The notes under the pieces: model-generated
Told to the model about the DNA's origin: nothing
Databases searched by the model: none
Seen by the model: only the letters and a program-made list of their open reading frames with translations
Made by a program: the position numbers and the translations under genes
From: an uncultured Acidobacteriaceae bacterium
GTDB lineage: Bacteria; Acidobacteriota; Terriglobia; Terriglobales; Acidobacteriaceae
Direction of reading: 5' to 3'
Assembly: GCA_963817305.1 (NCBI GenBank)
Contig: CAWFOD010000017.1
Location: 357,821 to 421,820, forward strand
DNA: 64,000 bases
In this document: positions 50,756-58,248 of the stretch, in pieces
How the letters are laid out: every line of letters starts with the position of its first letter
Numbering within the stretch: position 1 is the first letter of the stretch

Positions 50756-51098
50756 ATTAGCTTCTGGCTCCTGGCTTCTAGCTCTTCGCTTGAATCTCCG
50801 GTTTCCGGGGCTGGCTTCAGCTTAATGAACGCGTTCGCCTGGCGCGGAACCTGAGATTCCAACGAATAGCTCGAGTTCTCCCAAGGAGTTGAACCTGGTT
50901 GATAAGACCCTGGTTTGTACACGTTTCCCTGGGAGTTGTCTGTGGCTATCCTATGGGAGGAGAAGAGGATAAGCACCTTTATCCCAACGAATGGGCGAAA
51001 AACGGGGTTTAGTGGTTGGATGGGGGATTGGATGGCGGTAAGTGATTGAAAGGAAAAGGCCCGATAAATGTGACACCCGGATGTGAGTGCCCGCCGGC

Positions 51099-51746
51099 CT
51101 ATGGAACCCGGATGTGGATAATCCGATCCACGACGCCGTTGGACTGACCGTGAATACAGCGCACGTTTAGCTTACTCATCTCTTCTGGGTCGCGGTATGT
51201 GCCATTCTGATCGAGCCGCTGCGCGCTGTAGTACTCGGGGTAGCAGGAAGCGATCACAAATTCGACAAACTGGCGGGGCCCAGGCACGCCTGAGACTGCA
51301 AACCTCGTCCTAGGAAACCCGCTGATGTGCATGTGGGACTCGTGGTGCAGTACCCCGGCTGCGTACTGTTGGGTGTAATCAAACCTTAGCCAGGGGATGA
51401 ACACGTCGGCGAAGTCGGGTAGAGGTCCGGGAGACAGAAGATCTTCCTCTTCCATGGGCAATTGAGCCTTGTAGAACGCGAGGCGCACCATCCGGATATT
51501 GTCGTTACCGTCAAATTCATATAAGAGCTGAAAGACGGAGCCGTCATCTGCGCACTGGAAGCTGTACTGTTTCTCTTCGACAACGGATCGGACCTTTTCA
51601 TAATTCACTGGCTCTCTAATAATGCCTCCCGAGTAGCGGTTCCAAGCTATTCGGGATCCGCTCCGGCAGAATCGGGGATTGACGAGCAGCGATTTCCAGT
51701 CCCAGAAACAATCTCGAACTTGGGATTCGACGTCGGCCGGACTCAC
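51099..51746 (-). CDS. hypothetical protein coupled to the SF1 helicase (possibly DUF2290-like)
   Basis: 215 aa. Its GTG start overlaps the helicase stop (GTGA). His-rich motif GVLHHESHMHISGFP. No domain I can verify by eye. Confidence 0.55.
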   Translation of the reverse strand: MSPADVESQVRDCFWDWKSLLVNPRFCRSGSRIAWNRYSGGIIREPVNYEKVRSVVEEKQYSFQCADDGSVFQLLYEFDGNDNIRMVRLAFYKAQLPMEEEDLLSPGPLPDFADVFIPWLRFDYTQQYAAGVLHHESHMHISGFPRTRFAVSGVPGPRQFVEFVIASCYPEYYSAQRLDQNGTYRDPEEMSKLNVRCIHGQSNGVVDRIIHIRVP

Positions 51747-53899
51747 TTTGCAGCCTTCTGAAGCAGCTTGAGCAGGGTCTTTCGGTCACCTTCGCTCAGA
51801 TCCGCTAGGGCTCCGGGAGCCAGAGCCTTGAGGCTTTCGACCGCCGCTTTAGCCGTCTTGACGGCTCGCCGCCGCCGCGTCGTCTCAGACGCGTCGAGCT
51901 TTCGGATTTTATCCATGTCGGGAAAAACGAACTTGAACCGAGGAATCTCATCAAGAATCTGTTTAAGCTCTTTTATTGCTTCGACCATTTTTCGGCCGGT
52001 GCCGGTTATTCTTACCCATCCCTTCGATCTGGATATGGACGTGAAGGCTCGATTGCGAGTCTCGATCTCCTCGGCGAAATCGTACAGCGATTGGAAACTC
52101 AATATATAAACGACTGGTGCCTCGTTTCCTTTCGCTCTGAACACCGTCGAAAGAGTGACCATGCCGGCCTCGGCGAAATCCGAGGCGTCGTCCACGAGTC
52201 CCGGGATAGTGGAAGCAATGCTCAGCTGCATCAGCATGCTTTGCAGCTGCATCATATAATCCTTCGCGCGCCTTGAATCCAGCGAGATGACCACAATCTG
52301 TTCGGGCGCAACCGCCTCATCTTTTATGTCCGAAGAGATGGAATTGGCAACCCACTGTAGCTCTGCTGCCAAGGTATTGAAGCTCTTTCCGGAGACCAGT
52401 TTCTGTTTGCCCGTGTACATCTGAGCAATTCGGCTTGGACTGTTTTCCGGTGGACGAAAAAGAACAACCTGGCTGCCCTGGTCAAGGTGCCCTGATTCAA
52501 TTTCGTATCCGACCGCCTTCCACGAGGTTTCGTCCCCCAGCATCTGAACTGGGCCCCGGGGGTTGTGGATTCCCAGCCCGACCGCGTGCGCGAGCATAAG
52601 TACCGTCTGAGGGCACCGATAGGATTTTAGGAGAACCAGGTCTCGGTCCATACCCTCGTCCTCGTCGACGTCCAGCGAAACGAGGGGCTTACCTTGCTCG
52701 TCGACGCCAAAAAGTTCTGCCGGATCGGGGATTTCGAGGGAGGCTAGGCTTTGCAGTTCATCATAGGCCCAATAAATGGCGTGGGGAGGCCTAGACAGCT
52801 TGTACAGAATGGGGAAGAACTCTTTGGGGAAGTCTTGGGCCTCGTCTACTAGGATGTAGTCGTACTCAGGATCGATTCTTTGTTGAAGAGCCGCTAAGCA
52901 GCAAGCCCGGAATGGTGTAAGGGAGTCCTGAGCCTTGGCCGACCGAAAATCCAGCGCCCTCGAGCCCTGTCTTTGAGTCAGATCATAGTACACTCCGGGT
53001 CGTGATCGGCCACCCCAGGCGTGGCGTATGTGGAGGATGTCCCAATCCGGATCGACGTCGCTGTAAAAGCGGAAAAAGCGAGTCACGAGATTGCGGGCTT
53101 GGTTGTAGAGGCTTTGTGTATTGAACGTTAGGAGGAGCTTTTTGTCGGGGAAGTGATGGTGAATATTAGCTGCCTTCATTGCCAGGAGGACGGTCTTTCC
53201 AGTGCCCGCGAGGCCGCGGATGCGTTGCGGCCCGGGCGGTATTTGGATGGCGACTTTGTTCTGCTGTTCGTCGAGCAATGCTATATCCGTATCTAGCATT
53301 TTTATCGCGCTGCCGAGGGTGTCCGCCGTTCTCGCCGTCCCGCCCGGGTTTCTTGTCAGAGGGATGGCGGTTTGAAGGACCGATCTTGCGAGTCGCCACT
53401 GTTGGCTGTCGAGCGGCTGATTAAGTCTTAGGAGGTGTTCGTTGGCACCCTCGCCTCCGGACCAAATGACATTCGCAAGTGGTCCGAATTTCTTGCAGAA
53501 TTCCGATTTTGTGCATAAAGGGAGGCCCACGACCGGTTTCGGGTCGAGGCGCCGGCGGAGGTCGCGCACTTTATCGAATCTTGTCCGGAGCTCTGTGGCC
53601 AGGTCGTCAATAACGACGCCCGGAGAGTCAATTTCTATTTCGTGCTTTCCTTCCTGAATCCACCATGTGTCGTCTTCGATAGCAACGATGCGCTCAAGCG
53701 TGATATCGAAACACTTCACCACGATGGGCTGGTAGAGCTGAAGTAGGAAGACTAGGTCCGGCGTCCCAGAAACACCCACGATGGGATATTTGTAGTAACA
53801 GATGCCTTCGGCTTTGCCAGCAGCTTCCTCTATCCACTGGAAGGTCGTCTTAACAGGAAGATCGCCAGCGAATCCCGAGAGGGACGCTAGAAATTCCAT
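51743..53899 (-). CDS. superfamily 1 (UvrD/Rep-like) helicase with an N-terminal nuclease-like (NERD/PD-(D/E)xK-like) region
   Basis: 718 aa. Walker A GLAGTGKT, motif II ILVDEAQDF, YRCPQTV, STVFRAKGNEAPVVYIL, RNRAFTSISRSKGWVRI. The N-terminal ..TPDLVFLL..IVVKCFD.. resembles a D..(E/x)xK nuclease core; that part is inference. Confidence 0.8.
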   Translation of the reverse strand: MEFLASLSGFAGDLPVKTTFQWIEEAAGKAEGICYYKYPIVGVSGTPDLVFLLQLYQPIVVKCFDITLERIVAIEDDTWWIQEGKHEIEIDSPGVVIDDLATELRTRFDKVRDLRRRLDPKPVVGLPLCTKSEFCKKFGPLANVIWSGGEGANEHLLRLNQPLDSQQWRLARSVLQTAIPLTRNPGGTARTADTLGSAIKMLDTDIALLDEQQNKVAIQIPPGPQRIRGLAGTGKTVLLAMKAANIHHHFPDKKLLLTFNTQSLYNQARNLVTRFFRFYSDVDPDWDILHIRHAWGGRSRPGVYYDLTQRQGSRALDFRSAKAQDSLTPFRACCLAALQQRIDPEYDYILVDEAQDFPKEFFPILYKLSRPPHAIYWAYDELQSLASLEIPDPAELFGVDEQGKPLVSLDVDEDEGMDRDLVLLKSYRCPQTVLMLAHAVGLGIHNPRGPVQMLGDETSWKAVGYEIESGHLDQGSQVVLFRPPENSPSRIAQMYTGKQKLVSGKSFNTLAAELQWVANSISSDIKDEAVAPEQIVVISLDSRRAKDYMMQLQSMLMQLSIASTIPGLVDDASDFAEAGMVTLSTVFRAKGNEAPVVYILSFQSLYDFAEEIETRNRAFTSISRSKGWVRITGTGRKMVEAIKELKQILDEIPRFKFVFPDMDKIRKLDASETTRRRRAVKTAKAAVESLKALAPGALADLSEGDRKTLLKLLQKAAK

Positions 53900-54083
53900 T
53901 CGCTTTTCCTTTCGTATCAGCGCTAATGTCTGAACAGAAATTGTTACGCCCTTGCGCCGGGTGTGTCCAGCAAGACCTGCGCCCCCGCCGCATGTTGCAG
54001 AGGATAGATCAACGGCTCAGCGAAGTAGAAGGGAACTTGCGCCGGTTCGGAGTGACAGGGGTTGAAGAAAGTGAGTGAGGCCG

Positions 54084-54114
54084 TACGCGGCGCTGAAGCG
54101 CCGCTCTTCCACGG
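54084..54114. repeat. REP-like element core, copy 3
   Basis: TACGCGGCGCTGAAGCGCCGCTCTTCCACGG, followed by ttgtgctggctgtcgtggcgtct, which is shared with copy 4. Confidence 0.85.
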
Positions 54115-54359
54115 TTGTGCTGGCTGTCGTGGCGTCTTTCATCGCTTCGGGTCGTGTGTTGAAAGGCAGAATCAAGGTCAAGGGCGGCGGACGGGAGTGT
54201 CTGTCCCACACGAGAGTTTCGAGCTGCGCTCGAATGGACAGCCGGTTGCGGCTGTCCCTACATGTGCGTGTCTTGGCCTAAAGCCCGGTTTTTTTGATCT
54301 TGATCGGCAATTCAGTCGGCCCTGTTCGGAATGACATCGGTTATATGAGTGGGTGGGGT

Positions 54360-54390
54360 TACGCGGCGCTGAAGCGCCGCTCTTCCACGG
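54360..54390. repeat. REP-like element core, copy 4
   Basis: TACGCGGCGCTGAAGCGCCGCTCTTCCACGG, followed by ttgtgctggcagtcgtggcgtct. Confidence 0.85.
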
Positions 54391-54519
54391 TTGTGCTGGC
54401 AGTCGTGGCGTCTCACGCGGTTTTCCATTTTCTTTCCTACATCTCCGCCAGTGAACTGGCGGGCTATTTTCGGGCGGTCCCTACGGGACCTTTGGGTCGC
54501 TGGCTTCGGCGCGGGCTTC

Positions 54520-55074
54520 TTATGGATGGCGTTCTTGCTCCGGATAATCTTCCTCCGGATAATCTTCCTCTGGATAATCTTCCTCTGGATAATCCTCGTC
54601 TGGATAGTCTTCGTCGATGCTGGCGTGGAGGGTTAGGGGAGGGTCGAGTTGGTGCCAGGCTTCGCGGTATTTTTCGAGGCGCATGATGCGGGCGTTGCGA
54701 TGGGGATAGAAGCGGAGCATGGGTTGGGGAGTGCAGACTTCGACGGGGATGATGTACCAGATGTCGAGCGGGACGACGTGGGCGGCGATGAAATCGATGT
54801 CGCGCTTGGTGTAGACGGCGCGGCGTTTGCCGACGGTGTAGGTGGCGCGGGTTTCATAGGCATCGGCGCGGAGGGAGTCGGTGCACTTGATCTGTATCCG
54901 GAAGAGGTGAACTGCTGGTTGGGGGCGGTTGTCGAGGATGAAATCGTAACGTTCGGAGTCTCCCCAGGGCTTGGAGATGGCGAAGCAGCGCTGGCTGGCC
55001 TGGTAGAGGAATGCGGCTTCGGAGCGCTCGCCGGTGCGTTTGGTGTTGGGGCGGAGGGGATCGCGCTTCGGCAT
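54520..55074 (-). CDS. PD-(D/E)XK endonuclease (group I intron-associated type, PDDEXK_5-like) with a C-terminal (D/E)EDYP x5 repeat
   Basis: 184 aa. TGERSEAAFLYQASQRCFAISKPWGDSERYDFILDN...FRIQIKCT matches the family pattern. The tail is DEDYPDEDYPEEDYPEEDYPEEDYPEQERHP. Confidence 0.65.
   Translation of the reverse strand: MPKRDPLRPNTKRTGERSEAAFLYQASQRCFAISKPWGDSERYDFILDNRPQPAVHLFRIQIKCTDSLRADAYETRATYTVGKRRAVYTKRDIDFIAAHVVPLDIWYIIPVEVCTPQPMLRFYPHRNARIMRLEKYREAWHQLDPPLTLHASIDEDYPDEDYPEEDYPEEDYPEEDYPEQERHP
54541..54615. repeat. 15-bp tandem repeat x5 (coding, acidic pentapeptide)
   Basis: (c/t)ggataatcttcctc repeated five times; the last two copies are diverged. Confidence 0.9.
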
Positions 55075-55204
55075 GAATGCTCCTGGAAGATTTAGTTTTA
55101 CTGCGGTTTATTTCTAATAGTTATTATAGCAAGGGGAGTCAAGTGGGCTTAGGATCAAAAACTTTTAACACGGGGGAGCACAGGGGGCACAGGGTAGGGC
55201 GGGG

Positions 55205-55955
55205 TTAGTTCTGGGCCAGGTTTTGAGTTGGTTTCGGTTTGGCGTGGGCTGAGGTGGGTTTTGGGGTGGAGGGTTTTTTCGCGGGAGTGGCGGCGGATTT
55301 GGCGGCGAGTTTCTTTTTGTTGAAGTCACGGACGATGCGGGCGACGTAGGCTTTGGTTTCGTAGTAGGGAGGGACTCCGTTGTATTGCTCGACGCGTTGC
55401 GGTCCGGCGTTGTAGGCGGCAAGAGCTTTGATGAGGTCGAAGTTGTAACGCTCGAGCAGGGTGCGGAGATAGCGGGTTCCGGCTTCGACGTTGGCTTGCG
55501 GGTCGAAGGCGTTGTGCACGCCGAGTTGGCTGGCGGTTTGCGGCATGAGCTGCATTAATCCTTGCGCGCCTTTGGGCGAGATGGCGTGGACGTTGAAATC
55601 GCTTTCGGCGCGGATGACGCTGGTGACGAGATCGGGATCGAGCCGGTAGGTGCCGCTGGCATCTTTCACAGTCTGATTCAGATCGAAGGGATGCGAAGCG
55701 ATGACGGCTGGCTGCGCGAGTGGAGCGGGGGTTGGAGGGTCGGGCACGGATTCGAAGTGATCGATATCGGCGGTGGGAATGTCGACGAAGTTGGATTGAC
55801 CGCTATCGATGTAGAGGCGAGTGATGGAGCCGATGGTTTGGCGATGGTTGTGGGCGATGGAGAATCCGTTGCGCAGGATGGCGGAGTCGGAGGCGAAGGC
55901 GTTCGCGAGCGAGTATCGCGATGTAATGAGTCCGAGTTGGACGCGATTGTTTCAT
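55205..55955 (-). CDS. lytic transglycosylase (SLT domain); N-terminus probably displaced by a 1-nt insertion at 55950-55952
   Basis: ORF 55205-55747 carries VIRAESDFNVHAISPKGAQGLMQLMP...AYNAGP. The frame stays open upstream to 55951. An ATG at 55955 is one base out of frame; removing one A of the AAA run gives MNNRVQLGLITSRYSLANAFASDS.. Confidence 0.75.
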
Positions 55956-55990
55956 CTTGCGGCGTGCTTCAGAAAAGAATCAATCCCTCA

Positions 55991-56052
55991 GGGGCTAAAG
56001 CCCGGAAAATTTCCGGGCACTCAACGCGGCGCTGAAGCGCCGCTCTTCCACG
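55991..56052. repeat. bipartite REP-like element, copy 5
   Basis: GGGGCTAAAGCCC hairpin, ~20-nt linker, then ACGCGGCGCTGAAGCGCCGCTCTTCCACGG. Confidence 0.85.
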
Positions 56053-56097
56053 GTACTATACGCGCCGCACTCGTCGGCCAAGGCCGCGGCTAAGAAC

Positions 56098-56982
56098 TCA
56101 GTTTCCGAATACGTCGGCCAGGGCGGCGGCTACGCCGCAATTGTCGTTACCTAGTGTGATGCTCCAGCCACGGGAGCGGAGTTCTTCGCAGGCATTTCCC
56201 ATGATAACCGGATGGCCGGCAAACTCAAGCATTTCGATGTCGTTGTGGTTGTCACCGATGGCCATGACCTGATCGCGATGGAAGCCGCGATGGTCGGCCC
56301 AGCGGGCGAGAGCGTGGCCTTTGGAGCATCCGGCATTGAGGACGTCGATCATGGAAAGATCGCGCTCGGGATATTCGGTGCGCAGGACTGTGATGCGGTT
56401 ATCGAGGCCAGAGGATTCGAGGGCGCGGAGAGCCTGGGCCATGCGCGCCATGGAGCCGCAGAACATGGCTTGCACGGGATCGGTCGTGAGGGAGTTTTCG
56501 ATAGGGATGACGAAGTCGATGTAAGCCATGTTCTTTTCGAGCCAGCGGCGGATGCTGGCGTTAAGCGCGTCGAGGTGTTCGAGGACGATGGCTCCTTTGG
56601 TTTCTTTATCAAAGGTAAGAACGGTGTGGCCGCGGAATTCTTGCATCGCGGCGCAGATATCGTGGCAGGTTTGGCGGGGCATGAGGTCGCGGTGGAAAGT
56701 TTCGCCGGAAAGCGAGCGGGTGACGGCGCCATTGGAGCTGATGAGCCAGAGATCGAAGCCGAGTTGCTGGGCGATGGGCAGGGCGAAGGTGTGGCGGCGT
56801 CCGGTGACGAGCACGATCTCGATGCCGGCGGAGTGGGCGCGGCGCAGCGCGGCGAGATCGTCGGGAGAAATTTGGAATTGAGGATTGAGAAGGGTGCCGT
56901 CGATATCGGAGGCGAGAAGGCGAATGGAGCCAAGAGTGGAACCTGGAGAGCGTCCTGGCGAAAGGCTGACGGTTTCAGTCAC
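56098..56982 (-). CDS. Cof-type HAD-IIB family hydrolase
   Basis: 294 aa. LLASDIDGTLL (motif I), VLVTGR, and AIGDNHNDIEML (motif III/IV). Confidence 0.85.
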   Translation of the reverse strand: MTETVSLSPGRSPGSTLGSIRLLASDIDGTLLNPQFQISPDDLAALRRAHSAGIEIVLVTGRRHTFALPIAQQLGFDLWLISSNGAVTRSLSGETFHRDLMPRQTCHDICAAMQEFRGHTVLTFDKETKGAIVLEHLDALNASIRRWLEKNMAYIDFVIPIENSLTTDPVQAMFCGSMARMAQALRALESSGLDNRITVLRTEYPERDLSMIDVLNAGCSKGHALARWADHRGFHRDQVMAIGDNHNDIEMLEFAGHPVIMGNACEELRSRGWSITLGNDNCGVAAALADVFGN

Positions 56983-57021
56983 ACTGATATTGTGACACAG
57001 GCTGCGTGAAGCCTAGCCGAG

Positions 57022-57213
57022 TCAGGCTTTCTTGCGTTTGTCCATTGCGACGGGAAAATTGATCAGGTTGTAGGTGGAAACGTTGTGAGCATTCTCGATG
57101 AGCGCGCTGATGGCGCTGCGAAGTTCGAGGAGCGCTTTCTCGAGTTCCTCTCCCTGGGCCGTGTCGATCAACGAACATAGCTGACGCACACGCTCTTCGG
57201 GGGAGGTTGCCAT
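57022..57213 (-). CDS. small helical hypothetical protein (63 aa)
   Basis: MATSPEERVRQLCSLIDTAQGEELEKALLELRSAISALIENAH.. has the same pattern class as the ORF at 38124-38282. Confidence 0.4.
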   Translation of the reverse strand: MATSPEERVRQLCSLIDTAQGEELEKALLELRSAISALIENAHNVSTYNLINFPVAMDKRKKA

Positions 57214-57333
57214 CCAGTAACAATTGCAGAAAAGATGAATAAATGCTGTACGGGCTTTAACCTAGAGAGCCTTAAGGCATCTGCTGTAGCTGGAGGACGC
57301 GGTTTCGCTGCAGCGTGTTATATTTCGCAGTCC

Positions 57334-58071
57334 ATGGGATTTCTAGGCTTTTTCTTTCACTGGTGGTCATTTCTGTTGATGGCGGTGGCGATTGTGCATT
57401 TCATTCGCCGGCGTCCGGATTTTTATTGGATTTTTATCATTCTTTTTCTGGGATGGATTGGGGCGGCGATTTATATCGTGGTCGAAGTGATTCCAGATGC
57501 AGGGCTGCTGCGCAGTTCGTTCCAGGTATTTCCGCGCAGGCGAAGGATTCATGAATTGGAACGGGCGATTCTGGATAATCCTTCGGCGGGAAACTACGAG
57601 GAGTTGGGATTGTTGTATCTGGATGATGGAGATTTTGCCAAGGCTCGGGGATGTTATGACCGGTCAATTTCACAGCGGGCGGATTCGGTAGATCCGTTTT
57701 ACCGGCGGGGAGTAGCAGAGATTGAGTTGGGAGATTTTGCCGCGGCGGTGCCGGATTTGGAGCGGGCGGTGGAAGAGGATCCGACGTATGACTTTCATCG
57801 TGGGATCGGGCTGCTGGCGCACGCTTACGCGCAGACGGGGAAGACGGAAAAAGCCGAAAAGCTTTTTAAGGAAGCGACGAAGATTTCTACCAGTTCGGAA
57901 ACTTATTACAACTATGCTTTGTTTTTGCAATCGCAGGGGCGAGTGGAGGAAGCGCGGCAGTGGGTGCAGAAGATTTTGGATAAGCGGGCGACGATGCCCG
58001 GGTATCAGAAGCGGCGGGAGCGTGGGTGGTTTCGGAAGGCGTATGGGATGATGGCGCGGTTGCGGTTGTAG
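57334..58071 (+). CDS. membrane-anchored tetratricopeptide (TPR) repeat protein
   Basis: ORF 57235-58071; likely start MGFLGFFFHWWSFLL at 57334. Two TM helices (PLD-N-like short membrane domain), then TPR-like repeats (GNYEELGLLYLDDGDFAKARGCYDRSI..). Confidence 0.65.
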   Translation: MGFLGFFFHWWSFLLMAVAIVHFIRRRPDFYWIFIILFLGWIGAAIYIVVEVIPDAGLLRSSFQVFPRRRRIHELERAILDNPSAGNYEELGLLYLDDGDFAKARGCYDRSISQRADSVDPFYRRGVAEIELGDFAAAVPDLERAVEEDPTYDFHRGIGLLAHAYAQTGKTEKAEKLFKEATKISTSSETYYNYALFLQSQGRVEEARQWVQKILDKRATMPGYQKRRERGWFRKAYGMMARLRL

Positions 58072-58134
58072 GGGCTAAAGCCCGGTTAATTTTTGGGGAG
58101 CTTTACGCGGCGCTGAAGCGCCGCTCTTCCACGG
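58071..58134. repeat. bipartite REP-like element, copy 6
   Basis: GGGGCTAAAGCCC starts immediately after the TAG stop at 58069-58071, then TACGCGGCGCTGAAGCGCCGCTCTTCCACGG. Confidence 0.85.
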
Positions 58135-58248
58135 TACTGCAAGCGTTTCGATCCACCTTCGCATCCCAAGAACCTACTCGTCAAGCACGGCGTACTCGCC
58201 GACGCGGCTAAAGCCACGGGCTTTCATCCGAGCTTATCCCTTCTGAGC

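Noticed and set aside
54541-54615. CRISPR array (also considered for 44111-45000)
   Set aside because: The 15-bp units are contiguous, without spacers, and lie in frame within a CDS. The 272-bp units are also spacer-free. No cas genes are in the window.
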